Below are positions 37,523 through 48,011 of a stretch of 64,000 bases of DNA, in pieces. Position numbers and translations under genes: made by a program. The notes under the pieces were generated by a model that was given only the letters and a program-made list of their open reading frames with translations, was not told the origin of the DNA and made no database searches. How positions within the stretch are numbered: the stretch's first letter is position 1; the number at the start of each line of letters is the position of its first letter. Location: positions 124,001 through 188,000 of IMG/VR virus record IMGVR_UViG_3300042891_000711. One strand, written 5' to 3'.

Positions 37523-38321
37523 GATAATTCTCCCGAATATATTTTGCAGCATCAATATGCGCAGGTTCCAACGGATGTGTTGTGCCTATAGGATATTTAA
37601 AGTCTCTTGCCCAGGTATAAAATCCTTGATTATTTGGGAAAGTAATCCAACGATCGAAGTCAATTTGATTGTATAATAATGCTATACTTTCATCATTCAT
37701 TAGATGCATACAGTTATTTAATAGTGCTTCATCCACCATTGAAAATATATAGGGTATCTTTCTTAACTGTAGATATTGCTGTAACATAATTATTTCTGTC
37801 AGCGAATTATAAGTTTCCCAATACTGTTCTTTTGATGCACCGATGTGCTTATAAAATGTTTTGGCAAATTCAGTTACGCCTGAACGTTTTGCTCGATTTA
37901 AATGTGTAACGTGATGTTCGAGTATATCAGGATCATCTGTTTTAAATTCGCGTTTAATATCTTCTATATCATCAATGATTGACCAAGAAGTAAGGTTGTA
38001 CCAATTACCCCAACGTTCTTCTGTATCATAATTAAATCTAAATTCGTATCTACCAGGAAAGGTCCATGTCACAATCACTAATCCAACGTCTTGTAATTTT
38101 TCACAGGCGTTCATCGTAGTCCGACGAATAGCACTGTTACTAAATCCGGGATATGCTGCACATTCATAGTGCATACCAAAGTTTTGGGCTAAGAGTGCCG
38201 GGTAAGTACTTAAACTGACTATCTGATGGGCAGGGTCAGGGTTAGTAGTATCTCTATGAGTAACACTATCGGTTAGTTCACTGCCATAAGTAAAACTATC
38301 ACCGCCTGATAGTAAAATCAT
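37494..38321 (-). CDS. SGNH-family protein
   Basis: GGDSFTYGSEL, GFSNSAI, WTFPGR, THPLEPAH. Confidence 0.75.
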   Translation of the reverse strand: MILLSGGDSFTYGSELTDSVTHRDTTNPDPAHQIVSLSTYPALLAQNFGMHYECAAYPGFSNSAIRRTTMNACEKLQDVGLVIVTWTFPGRYEFRFNYDTEERWGNWYNLTSWSIIDDIEDIKREFKTDDPDILEHHVTHLNRAKRSGVTEFAKTFYKHIGASKEQYWETYNSLTEIIMLQQYLQLRKIPYIFSMVDEALLNNCMHLMNDESIALLYNQIDFDRWITFPNNQGFYTWARDFKYPIGTTHPLEPAHIDAAKYIRENYHELVKEFIQ

Positions 38322-38322
38322 C

Positions 38323-39408
38323 TTAGGATATCCTTAGGATCTGTTGATCTCGATAGTCACTGTCTGACCAATCGTATGTATAAGTTACAGTAGCACTACT
38401 AGTTCGTATGCTGTGTACATTTAAGTGTAGGCCGAGCTGTGCCCATATAACGTTATAGTCTGTTGATCCAAAACTTCTAATTAAATCAACTTGTCCGACC
38501 TGTGGGTGACCAATTGTTAATGTTTTATCTTCTGGATCGAATCCATTGTCAATTAACCATGTTCTAAACGCTTCAAGACTTCGTATTTGCCAATGATATT
38601 TGCCCGGGTCATTGGCCCATTCAATATCAAAGTCTCCGGCGGCTTCTGTTTGCGAACGCAATGTTGTAGTAGTCAATTCATCTATTCTATGCCCTGCTGC
38701 GCCTTCATCTCGAAATACTTCATAATGATGTTTGCCCACTGCTTTGTTGACTCCAGCGAATACACCACCCAGTGGTCGGTTTATGCTGTTAATTCCAAAC
38801 AATTCAAAATCATCTGCATCTAATACAAATCTTGGTGCATTTAACCAACACATTAGCTGACTTGGTCTTCGCCATTCTGGTGCGTGCGCGGCTTTGCGCA
38901 TGCTCAACACCAGCGATTCGTATTCATGACATAATAAATTTAATTGTCGAATGTGCCATTTAGTTTGATTATCAGCACGGTTGTAATATTCTGTCATATG
39001 GCCGCTAGTGCCCTGCAGGTCTTCAAAATATCGATGCAATTGATTTAATTTATCATGTATAATCATACCACCTGGTAAATCATCACCTACCGGTCCGGGC
39101 ATTATTGTATTAGCCACTGTGAAATGATCATCAATTTGATAGCCAATATTAGCTTGATTAATTGCAGCAATTGACTGATTCATTTGATCAGTTATATACT
39201 CTGCATTACGTTCAGATTCGATAAAGCCGTGAAAACAATAATTCTTTTCTAAGTGATAGTTATTTTCTACTAGATGATTTAATGCTGATAACCATTTACG
39301 ACTAAGTGAGCTGTCAAATACATCAATGTATACAGTTAACAGTTCGTTGGTTTTATTGTTTTTTAAATCAATTTCAATTTGATCAAGCAATGTTGTTGTA
39401 CCATTCAT
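38323..39408 (-). CDS. Hypothetical protein in the radical SAM cluster
   Basis: 361 aa; LNQLH.YFE, LN.LCHEYE, VGKH His/Glu motifs suggest metal binding. Confidence 0.65.
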   Translation of the reverse strand: MNGTTTLLDQIEIDLKNNKTNELLTVYIDVFDSSLSRKWLSALNHLVENNYHLEKNYCFHGFIESERNAEYITDQMNQSIAAINQANIGYQIDDHFTVANTIMPGPVGDDLPGGMIIHDKLNQLHRYFEDLQGTSGHMTEYYNRADNQTKWHIRQLNLLCHEYESLVLSMRKAAHAPEWRRPSQLMCWLNAPRFVLDADDFELFGINSINRPLGGVFAGVNKAVGKHHYEVFRDEGAAGHRIDELTTTTLRSQTEAAGDFDIEWANDPGKYHWQIRSLEAFRTWLIDNGFDPEDKTLTIGHPQVGQVDLIRSFGSTDYNVIWAQLGLHLNVHSIRTSSATVTYTYDWSDSDYRDQQILRIS

Positions 39409-40672
39409 ATACAGCCGGTCTCTCTTTTAATATGTCTGCTAGCGTATAGGTATCTTTACGTATACTTTCTAATTGTAGCACACGAGCCTTACCTTTTGCA
39501 AGACTTACTTTATATGTATCTGGCCATTGCTCATCAAACGTTGGTCGTGATTTTAACTGCACAAGTATATCCTGCATAGCACCAGAAGTTTGTGGTATTA
39601 GTTCATCTAGCCAAGGATGTAGTAAGTCGCGTGGTAGTGCCAGCGGACTAAGGATGATGTCAGGGCTAAAGCTAAAAATAACTTTAGCCAAGACATCTAC
39701 GTTTTCTTTTTCAGCAAGCTGGGTAATGTTTGTGACTTCAAACATGCCGGGCAGTGTGAGAGTAAAGTCAATTCGCATTTGCCTTCTATGACTTGCTGTT
39801 CTAACTCCTTCACGGAAATTTGCAAGCCATGTATTGTAGTCAAGTCCTGTTCTAATATATTCTCCAATTCGACCAGTTCCGTCGAGGCTTGCACAGATTT
39901 GCCAGTCACGTAGCCCAGATAGAATATCCCTATAGAGATTGATGCCACGATAGTCGACGCGGCTAAGATTTGTATTGTATCTTGCGTAAACATTTTTACC
40001 ATATCCTAGTTCAACAATGCGTTGCATATAACGCCAATGTTGTTCATACATCAAGGGTTCACCACCCACCCAATATACTTCTTCTACTTGATGATCTTCA
40101 ACTGCTTGAGCAAACTCCTGTTCAATTTGACTATCTTGAAATTTTGATATTTCATTTCTTACTTCGGGCCGCATCCAATTGTTCTTTGGATTATGCCAGT
40201 TAATCATGTCATATTGTCTTTGTTCAGACTCCCATGCACTGCTTAACATATCACCACACATACGACATTTGAAATTGCATAAGTTACTAAAGCGATAATC
40301 CCAGCTTACAGGACGAAGTGTAGTAGTTCCGTCTGGTTGGGTATTCTCTAGTACTTGCAAATACTTATGGCCAAACAGACTATCAAAATAACTACGGTAA
40401 ATGCTAGTGTTAAGTAATTTGTCATTGCACACTTCGCACTCAGGTAGTGTTTCACCTGCCATCATACGGCGACGTACACTTTTCATGTGTTCGCTATTCC
40501 AATGTTCTTCAAGTGTAATAGGAATATATGTGCCAGTACCAGCTTTAGTATCTATGTACTGTTCAAAGTTCTGTGCGGGCTCGCGACTAGCACAGCACAT
40601 ACGTCGCTCAGTTTGCGGACTAAGATATGTATGTACCCACGGTGCTAGACAAAGTGTACTAGGCTTCGACAT
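39383..40672 (-). CDS. Twitch/SPASM-domain radical SAM protein
   Basis: N-terminal CLAPW...MCC...CEVC; NLCNFKCRMC; GGEPL; YNTN. Confidence 0.9.
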   Translation of the reverse strand: MSKPSTLCLAPWVHTYLSPQTERRMCCASREPAQNFEQYIDTKAGTGTYIPITLEEHWNSEHMKSVRRRMMAGETLPECEVCNDKLLNTSIYRSYFDSLFGHKYLQVLENTQPDGTTTLRPVSWDYRFSNLCNFKCRMCGDMLSSAWESEQRQYDMINWHNPKNNWMRPEVRNEISKFQDSQIEQEFAQAVEDHQVEEVYWVGGEPLMYEQHWRYMQRIVELGYGKNVYARYNTNLSRVDYRGINLYRDILSGLRDWQICASLDGTGRIGEYIRTGLDYNTWLANFREGVRTASHRRQMRIDFTLTLPGMFEVTNITQLAEKENVDVLAKVIFSFSPDIILSPLALPRDLLHPWLDELIPQTSGAMQDILVQLKSRPTFDEQWPDTYKVSLAKGKARVLQLESIRKDTYTLADILKERPAVYEWYNNIA

Positions 40673-43214
40673 AGCCCATTGCTACAGCAATCTCTCTATG
40701 AGTAGTTAACATACTCTGCTCACGGTATGCGTCTGTCTGTTGCATCTTATGTAGGAATTCTGTGCCATCACTACCACCACCATTTTCGATAAATTGAATT
40801 ATCTTATCAATTTCAACTCGATGCTTAACATTAAATGGATAAGCAGATAATCTATCAATTACTAACTTTTGTGCATCCGTTGTCATTCGATTGATACACA
40901 TAACACTCGGGTCATGCAACATATTAAAATGCACCATATCAAATTGTTGAGTATTAACCCAGTCACATAGCTCGGGCAGATAATAAACATTTTGTATGTT
41001 AACGGTCATGCAAACCTGTGTCTGAATTAAATTAGTTTTCATGGCATTAAATTTTATAACATTAGTTTTTACTTCTTCCCACACAGCACCATAGCGTTCG
41101 TATTCAAAACGTGCTTCGGTATTATCAATACTAACTGCAATTTCAACATTTCTAAATTTACTCCATAAGGCAACTTCTTCGTCGCTTGGGTATACTGTAC
41201 CGTTAGTATTATAGTGTATATCAATACGTTTACTATATCCATGCTCAACTGCATAGCGTAATAGTTTAAAATGCTCTTCGATTAGGAATGGTTCGCCGCC
41301 TGTGAATTCAAAGTACTTAATGTTTGGTAATAGTTCTTTTAAATTTTCCCAAAATACTTCGCTTTCCCTCGGCCAGGTTCCTTCTTGTAGGAACATATAT
41401 GCACCGTGTTGTTTACGGTCATATCCCTGCACGTCTTTATATTTTCTAGCTTCGTAATCAATTTCTTCTTTAGCCCATTTACTGCTACTCCATGATCCGC
41501 ATATACGACATTTAAGATTACAGATGTTGCCTAGTTTAAGATCAATGAACCAAAGTTGATCCGGTGTATCATTACGCCAATCAACTATTGGATAGAATTC
41601 TTTAAGTCTAATTCTGCTGTTGATACGTTTACTAACTATGCCCGCATCTTCTTCACTCCAGCAACGATTGCATGTACTAGGCTTTTCACCTCGACGGAAT
41701 TGTTGGCGCAGGTCCTGCATGTATTCACTATTGTAAATTTCAGCCAAGGAGCTTTCTCTAAGTTTATACGGAGTACCATCGGGTTTAGTAATTTCATCTT
41801 TAGCCAGACAACACGGACGGGCTGTGCCGACTGGACTTGCTTCAATACTGACCCACGGCAACATACAGATATTATCATGTGTCTTATTGATTCCCAAATG
41901 GTCTCTCAACTCTTGATATTCTGGAAACACTTCTTCGAATGTTTCTTTTCTAAACTCATCGGTTTGATCATTTATCTTAAAAAATTCTTTTAATAAATGG
42001 CTCTTATCGTCTTGATACATAAATGTGATAATAGCTCGATAACCCGATATAGCTCGTTGTAAATGATCCTGTGGGTCAAGCCAAGCAATATGTTCTTCAA
42101 CACGTTGCTTAATTCTATCTTTAAACTGAATTGGTAATACATCGATTCGATCACGTTCTGGACTTTGTAGAATGTTAACATTCCAATCCATTGCTTTAAT
42201 TAAGCCAAGTTCAACCCATTCTTTATGAAATTCAGTTAAATGCCAAGCATTAAGTATACTAACTGTACTGCTGACATAAAAGTCAACTTTAGGACAAATT
42301 TCAATCATTTTGCGTCGATTTTCTACTGTTTCTGCCCAGTCTGTGCCCTTGCGGATGTATTCTCCGCGAAGATATGAATCATCTAAACTAGCACCCACAC
42401 TTACTACATCAAACAGTTTCCAATATTCAAATACCATCTTATCTTTAAGACGTATGTGACTGAAGTTTGTGTTGTAGATTAACCTAACATGGAACATTTC
42501 ACGCTTAACCAGTTCTTCTAATATGCGATAATGTTCTTCCATGATTAATGGCTCGCCGCCGGCAAAGTAAATCTGTTCTAGATAGGGAATGTGTTCCTGC
42601 ATCTGTTCCCACATGTCATCTTTATTTTTACCTGCAAACATAATCTGCGGATGATTTAATTTACCGAATAGTTTAGTTTCTTCTGCAAACCAACTACTGC
42701 TGAATAAACTACCACAAGTACGGCAACTAAAGTTACATAGATTACTAAAACGTACATCATAGTAGCGTAGTTTAAAGTCATCTAAACTACCGTCGGCATT
42801 AGTTTTATCTGCTAAGGCAATATGATGTCCAAAGTTCTTATTTTGACTGTTGCGCATCGAAAAGAATCCGTTGTCTTCTTGTTCGTAACAACGTGTACAT
42901 TCTTTACTGGGTTTATCCTCTAACATATTTAGACGCATCTGTTTGTATGGGGTTCCATTCCATACTTCTGCCATGGTATTCTCTTTGAAGTTACCAATCG
43001 GCAAATGCATTTCACCTAAACAACATGGATATGCACGACCATCGGGAATTCCATGCATGTGCGTCCATGGTATCATACAGAAGTGCTTGCTTTCTATTAG
43101 TTTATATGTTTGATCTTCTGTTAACTCATCTTCATGTATATACACAGGTTTACGTGTATTGTAATTGTGATTTTTATGATGTACAGTTAATTTTTTGCTT
43201 GGCTCATCGCTCAT
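40659..43214 (-). CDS. Tandem double Twitch/SPASM radical SAM protein
   Basis: Two full modules: CMIPW..PCC/CNFSCRTC/GGEPL and CMLPW..PCC/CNLKCRIC/GGEPF. Confidence 0.9.
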   Translation of the reverse strand: MSDEPSKKLTVHHKNHNYNTRKPVYIHEDELTEDQTYKLIESKHFCMIPWTHMHGIPDGRAYPCCLGEMHLPIGNFKENTMAEVWNGTPYKQMRLNMLEDKPSKECTRCYEQEDNGFFSMRNSQNKNFGHHIALADKTNADGSLDDFKLRYYDVRFSNLCNFSCRTCGSLFSSSWFAEETKLFGKLNHPQIMFAGKNKDDMWEQMQEHIPYLEQIYFAGGEPLIMEEHYRILEELVKREMFHVRLIYNTNFSHIRLKDKMVFEYWKLFDVVSVGASLDDSYLRGEYIRKGTDWAETVENRRKMIEICPKVDFYVSSTVSILNAWHLTEFHKEWVELGLIKAMDWNVNILQSPERDRIDVLPIQFKDRIKQRVEEHIAWLDPQDHLQRAISGYRAIITFMYQDDKSHLLKEFFKINDQTDEFRKETFEEVFPEYQELRDHLGINKTHDNICMLPWVSIEASPVGTARPCCLAKDEITKPDGTPYKLRESSLAEIYNSEYMQDLRQQFRRGEKPSTCNRCWSEEDAGIVSKRINSRIRLKEFYPIVDWRNDTPDQLWFIDLKLGNICNLKCRICGSWSSSKWAKEEIDYEARKYKDVQGYDRKQHGAYMFLQEGTWPRESEVFWENLKELLPNIKYFEFTGGEPFLIEEHFKLLRYAVEHGYSKRIDIHYNTNGTVYPSDEEVALWSKFRNVEIAVSIDNTEARFEYERYGAVWEEVKTNVIKFNAMKTNLIQTQVCMTVNIQNVYYLPELCDWVNTQQFDMVHFNMLHDPSVMCINRMTTDAQKLVIDRLSAYPFNVKHRVEIDKIIQFIENGGGSDGTEFLHKMQQTDAYREQSMLTTHREIAVAMGYVEA

Positions 43215-44563
43215 AAGGTGTCGTACCAGTTAGTTAATTGTGTAAATGTATATTTAAAGTCTTTGCCTCGACGTTGGTCGTATTGCTGATAAAATTGTTT
43301 AAAATCGTTTTGTAATTTAGGCAAATCAAATGCTTCAGCATGCGGAATATCTACCATGGTCAAATATTCAATTAGTCGTTTAATGTGCTCAAATTCGTGC
43401 TCATGAAATACTGTATTCTTATTATTGTTAGCTAAAAAAGTTTCAAGTTCTAAACTATATTTTTTACGTAGTTCTAAGGGTAATATTAAAGGGCTTTGGA
43501 AACTTGGAAAGCGCAGAATATTTAGAGTAAACGACAATGAATCACGTCCGTATTTCTCTTTGAGTTTCATTATATTGTACAAAAATTCACTGAGGCTTGA
43601 TAAACACAGGGCATTGATTGTGCCCATGATATGCACGCCGCGCACCTGTTTGGATTCTAATAGAAATACTAAATTTTTGACCCATTGTTTCCATTCTAAT
43701 CCATCACGTATATACTCTGCTTGTGCGCCCATAGCTTCGTTACTGGTGTAGATATCAAGTTCGATACCCTGTGTGCTATCCAGCAAGCGTTCGAGTACAT
43801 CACGTTTAAAGCCAAGATTACTATTGATAGCTAGGCGTGTAGTACTGGCACCTTTATGTTCTTTAAACCAATCTATTAGACGCCATGTATAACCCGACAT
43901 CAAGGGTTCACCACCTGTGATGCGCAGTTCTTTTAACGTCTTGTGTAGGTCTGTTTCCCACCACTTAAAGAACGCTTCCACATAAGGATTAACTTCATTG
44001 AGTGTGTAAAGTTGACTACTATCATGAACATGAGTAAAGTGATTCCTACCGTCTGATACCAAGTTTGTGTAAGCACCATTTGTTTTAATATCTCTGACCC
44101 AGGCGCTACTAAAAGCAGGATTGCAGTAACTACAAGCAAATTGACAAGTACGGTCAAAAGAAATTTCCAATGTCTGCAGATCCACGTCTTGGTCCGCGGG
44201 TAAATTATATGCATAATCTAAATCCTCATCTTTATAAATTACAGTTTTGTACACACGGTCACTGACTGCCGCTGTGCCCATGTCTTCAATCTTCCAGCAG
44301 TATTCACAGCCCGCGGGTCGTTCACCTTGTTGCATCATACGACGTTCTTCTTTCTTACGTATGCTGTTGTGCAGGGCTTTGGGATTAGCAGCAATATCCT
44401 CAAGTGACACTTTGTGCGGTAGTGGATGATGACAGCTAGTAGTCATACCCGAACCCAACCATATAGTAGCATTGTACCACTTGGCCGCACAGAATGATTC
44501 TGACTTAATGTCAATTACTCTACGCTTGTATTCTAAGTCTGTTTCGTTATTAATTTTCGGCAT
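43211..44563 (-). CDS. Twitch-domain radical SAM protein
   Basis: CAAKW...SCHHP...CEYCW; CQFACSYC; TGGEPL. Confidence 0.9.
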   Translation of the reverse strand: MPKINNETDLEYKRRVIDIKSESFCAAKWYNATIWLGSGMTTSCHHPLPHKVSLEDIAANPKALHNSIRKKEERRMMQQGERPAGCEYCWKIEDMGTAAVSDRVYKTVIYKDEDLDYAYNLPADQDVDLQTLEISFDRTCQFACSYCNPAFSSAWVRDIKTNGAYTNLVSDGRNHFTHVHDSSQLYTLNEVNPYVEAFFKWWETDLHKTLKELRITGGEPLMSGYTWRLIDWFKEHKGASTTRLAINSNLGFKRDVLERLLDSTQGIELDIYTSNEAMGAQAEYIRDGLEWKQWVKNLVFLLESKQVRGVHIMGTINALCLSSLSEFLYNIMKLKEKYGRDSLSFTLNILRFPSFQSPLILPLELRKKYSLELETFLANNNKNTVFHEHEFEHIKRLIEYLTMVDIPHAEAFDLPKLQNDFKQFYQQYDQRRGKDFKYTFTQLTNWYDTL

Positions 44564-45947
44564 GATATTTGCATTCGTTCCAAAATTCTCGCATCTGTGG
44601 GAATATGTCTGTAAAATGTCCTATGTCAGTTTCGTATGCGCCGCGACGTTTATCGTATTCGCTAAAGAATCGATAGAAGTCCGCACGTTGTAGTGTAACA
44701 TACTTTGCATCTAACTTGCTACCATCTCGCATCCAAAGTAAGTTGCGTTCCATACGCTGTATTTCATAATCTTTAAAGCCAACAAAACTATCGTTGGGCA
44801 TTAGGTTAGCCCGCATAAATGCTATAACATCTTCTAATACTGTCTGGTAACTTGCTGGAAGTATCTGTAAACTTTGCCAAGTTGGACTACGTAGTAAAGG
44901 TGTATCAAACCAAACACGTTGATAAGTTTCGCTATACAATTCACGTTGATCTAATACAGTCTGCAATAATTGTTTTAGTCCTAAAATATTTAAATTACTC
45001 ATCGTGATGATATAGGTTAGGCTATTGCGATAAGGTATATGTGTAAGATAACGATGTACATATGAATTTACTCTATGTTGATTTAAACCACGACGAATAT
45101 ACTCCGACTGTCTGGTGTCACCCGAATCTAAACTAACATACTGCATAAAGTGTTCGATGCGTTCACCTTCGCATAGCTGTTTTACTTTGTCTAGATACTT
45201 GTCAAACAGTTCAGGCTCGACACTAAAGTTACTGGTTACATCAACGTGCAAGTCACTCTTAGGCAAGGCAAGTATGTAGTCAAACACACGATGCGTATTC
45301 TTATCCATAAGTGGTTCGCCACCTGTCATACGGAAGTGTTTTAGTTTAGGATATAGTTCAGGCCACCAAGACCAAAATGCATCTACATAAGGATTTTCTG
45401 CACGTACTGGAATTGGCTTACGTCGACCTTCAAAATGTTCAGGCGCATTGTGCGGAGTACTAGTTGGATATGCTCCCCATCGGTCAATATCTGTACCCCA
45501 CTTAGTACTGTACTGCGGACTGCAATAGCTACATGCCAAATTACAGCCATGACTGAAGTTTACTTCTACATAACTTGGCGTAACGTCCTGATCCCAAGGT
45601 GCATTAACTATAGTTTCGTAGTGTTCAGCAGCCCATGGTTCGCCACTGCGATAATGCCTATCGCTTAGTTGCTGGTTATCTTCTGCACTCCAACAGTAGC
45701 TGCATTCTGCCGGACGTGTTTGCTCTAGCATAAGTTTACGTTGCTGTTTCTTATAGTCAGTATTGTGTAAGGCACTGGGATTGAATAGTAATGGTGCGCT
45801 ATCAATTTCATGTAAAGGCGGATGATAACAACTGTTAGTTAAGCCCGTTGGTAAATGTAGACTTACCTGTTGCCACTTAGCCAAGCAGAGTGCCGGACCT
45901 AACTTGTCCTTCATTTCTTCTGCGGCAGACATGAAATTACTACTCAC
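44550..45947 (-). CDS. Twitch-domain radical SAM protein
   Basis: CLAKW...SCYHP...CSYCW; CNLACSYC; TGGEPL; probable GTG start 45947. Confidence 0.9.
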   Translation of the reverse strand: MSSNFMSAAEEMKDKLGPALCLAKWQQVSLHLPTGLTNSCYHPPLHEIDSAPLLFNPSALHNTDYKKQQRKLMLEQTRPAECSYCWSAEDNQQLSDRHYRSGEPWAAEHYETIVNAPWDQDVTPSYVEVNFSHGCNLACSYCSPQYSTKWGTDIDRWGAYPTSTPHNAPEHFEGRRKPIPVRAENPYVDAFWSWWPELYPKLKHFRMTGGEPLMDKNTHRVFDYILALPKSDLHVDVTSNFSVEPELFDKYLDKVKQLCEGERIEHFMQYVSLDSGDTRQSEYIRRGLNQHRVNSYVHRYLTHIPYRNSLTYIITMSNLNILGLKQLLQTVLDQRELYSETYQRVWFDTPLLRSPTWQSLQILPASYQTVLEDVIAFMRANLMPNDSFVGFKDYEIQRMERNLLWMRDGSKLDAKYVTLQRADFYRFFSEYDKRRGAYETDIGHFTDIFPQMREFWNECKYHAEN

Positions 45948-46836
45948 GTGACATTGGGCCTCGGTTTTTAAACACACTTTTGTAGTGATGTTTAAAGAAT
46001 CTACTTTGATCAGCTGTGAAATGTGGAGCAGGTAATCCTAGTTTTACGCTTAATGTATGTGACATTTCACTACATTCTTCTACTAGATTATATACTTTAT
46101 GTTGATGCCATATATTGTTTAGTGCATCGAAGTCCTGCACTTCTCTATAATCCCAATCTGTAATCATAGTCATGTATGTGCCTAGTTTAGCACCGTACAT
46201 GGCCCAGTCACCGTTCTCTACATCTATGCCCACATTGTGCCATATGCTTAGATGATCATAGTTACGTTCGTGTACACGTTTTTCAAATTCTTGTAGTGTA
46301 GGTTTGGCACCACGATCCAAACACATCTTAACACCTTCTCTAAAGCCAGCTCGCCATGCTTGATAAGGACTTTGATTTGGATATGTTGTGCTGTAGCAAT
46401 CATTCATTGCCCAATATCGTGGATCAAAACAAAACTCAACTGCGGTATCATCTGCACCATCGCTGGCTTCGTGTGTACGCATATTGTTTACAAAATCCTT
46501 GGTCCAGCAACTCATACCACCATTGCCGTACATAAGTCCGTTGATAATGTTACGTGCTTTCCAACGGAATACTACATCTCGATTAGTATCATCCAGTGTA
46601 AGCTGTAGGTTAAAGAACTCTGGATCGGGTAAGTTATCACCATCTATTAATACAAAGCGTTCAGTATCACTTGCGGCGGCCGCGGCTTTATGTGCAGCAT
46701 CACTGCCCTTGACACCGTCTACTCGTTTAGCCCACGGCACCATGTTTTGAATTTTAATCCAAAACTCTTCTTTTTTAGGTTCATCGTAACTTAGGTAGAT
46801 GCAGTCTAAATCTGCAATATCAACGATTTGTGTCAT
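45940..46836 (-). CDS. GT-A fold glycosyltransferase-like protein
   Basis: DCIYLSYDEP, RVDGVKG..AAH.AAA, LIDGD (DxD), YGNGG. Confidence 0.6.
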   Translation of the reverse strand: MTQIVDIADLDCIYLSYDEPKKEEFWIKIQNMVPWAKRVDGVKGSDAAHKAAAAASDTERFVLIDGDNLPDPEFFNLQLTLDDTNRDVVFRWKARNIINGLMYGNGGMSCWTKDFVNNMRTHEASDGADDTAVEFCFDPRYWAMNDCYSTTYPNQSPYQAWRAGFREGVKMCLDRGAKPTLQEFEKRVHERNYDHLSIWHNVGIDVENGDWAMYGAKLGTYMTMITDWDYREVQDFDALNNIWHQHKVYNLVEECSEMSHTLSVKLGLPAPHFTADQSRFFKHHYKSVFKNRGPMSRE

Positions 46837-47176
46837 AGTATTCTATATCCTGGTAGGTGTCAGTTGATTCTATTATTAGTCCTGCATGTTTCTTTACAGT
46901 AGCGTAGCCTGTGATACTACTAGTTAATTGTACACGATAACCCGGGTTGTTGTCAATCTTTTTTAGACGGCAGTCTACAATTGTATAGCGGAAATAATTC
47001 TCATATTCATCTTGACTAACAACAACATACTGCGTATCTGCTGGGTGGTTCATCATTGTACACATTGTAATGATTCCAAGTTCATTGTAGTGTAATCTAT
47101 ATTCTTTAACTTCTTCTACAGTAGGTTTGAGCATTGCCAATGCTTTTTCAAATTCACTTAAAGAGTTCATGTTCAT
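46820..47176 (-). CDS. Hypothetical protein
   Basis: 118 aa, AAGGAG RBS. Confidence 0.65.
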   Translation of the reverse strand: MNMNSLSEFEKALAMLKPTVEEVKEYRLHYNELGIITMCTMMNHPADTQYVVVSQDEYENYFRYTIVDCRLKKIDNNPGYRVQLTSSITGYATVKKHAGLIIESTDTYQDIEYYDTNR

Positions 47177-48011
47177 ACTCCTTGACTAATTGATCCGTTA
47201 CCCAAGACTTTTCATGATAGTGAACGGGGTGATATTGATTGGTGTTTGCTATGCGTATCATTGGCAGTTCTGTTTCACACATGACTAACTCGGGCCAGGG
47301 TGTACTAGTCCATGCATTAATTGCTGGCTTCATATGCACAAAATTAATAAAGTCTAGGCTAGGTAGTGTACAATCTTCTACACCAAGTAACTTTGCAGCT
47401 AGAGCATAGACAACATCAGTAGTGGGATTATCATCACGGCAGTTAAGTAATACATTGTCACGTATGTAGGCCCAATTTTTAAATATTTGTTCTGCTAAGG
47501 CAAAGAATTGCGTAGCTTCACGACTGTATCTAAAATACATTAGCCCATTGTAGGTATCGGGCAATTCATTATCGTCAAATAACTTTCTGTATTCTCGTGA
47601 TACGCTTAACTCCTGCTGATAGTTTCTACAGCCGGTGCTTAGTACAACATTTTTTAATCTAAAAGCAGTCCACCAATGTGCAATACTTCTAGTGAATACA
47701 ATGTCACTTTCAAGTTTAATTGTTTCTTTGAATGGAGTGAGATAAAATGCCTGCCATTCATTTGATAACTTCCATGTTTCGTTTTCAGCTAGGTCATTCT
47801 CAATAGTAACAACATAATCAAACACCCGTCGATGTTGTTCTGTTATCTGTTCAAGTGTATGTTTATCAACTGCTACTGCGTATAAACTATCAGGCATGGT
47901 CAGTTTAATACTCATTGCTTGCACGTAAGCAAGCTGTAAGTAATCAACCTCTGTGGTATTCTGCGCAATGGTCATAAAACCCTGCTGTGCTTGATGTGGT
48001 GTTATGCGCAT
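47154..48011 (-). CDS. Glycosyltransferase-like protein (GT8-like)
   Basis: DYLQLA, TPFKETIKLESD, TDVVYA, FVHMK motifs; paralog of next gene. Confidence 0.55.
   Translation of the reverse strand: MRITPHQAQQGFMTIAQNTTEVDYLQLAYVQAMSIKLTMPDSLYAVAVDKHTLEQITEQHRRVFDYVVTIENDLAENETWKLSNEWQAFYLTPFKETIKLESDIVFTRSIAHWWTAFRLKNVVLSTGCRNYQQELSVSREYRKLFDDNELPDTYNGLMYFRYSREATQFFALAEQIFKNWAYIRDNVLLNCRDDNPTTDVVYALAAKLLGVEDCTLPSLDFINFVHMKPAINAWTSTPWPELVMCETELPMIRIANTNQYHPVHYHEKSWVTDQLVKEYEHELFK

Noticed and set aside
40659-43214. Intein suspected in the oversized radical SAM
   Set aside because: The extra length is a second complete rSAM module; no intein splice motifs or LAGLIDADG seen.
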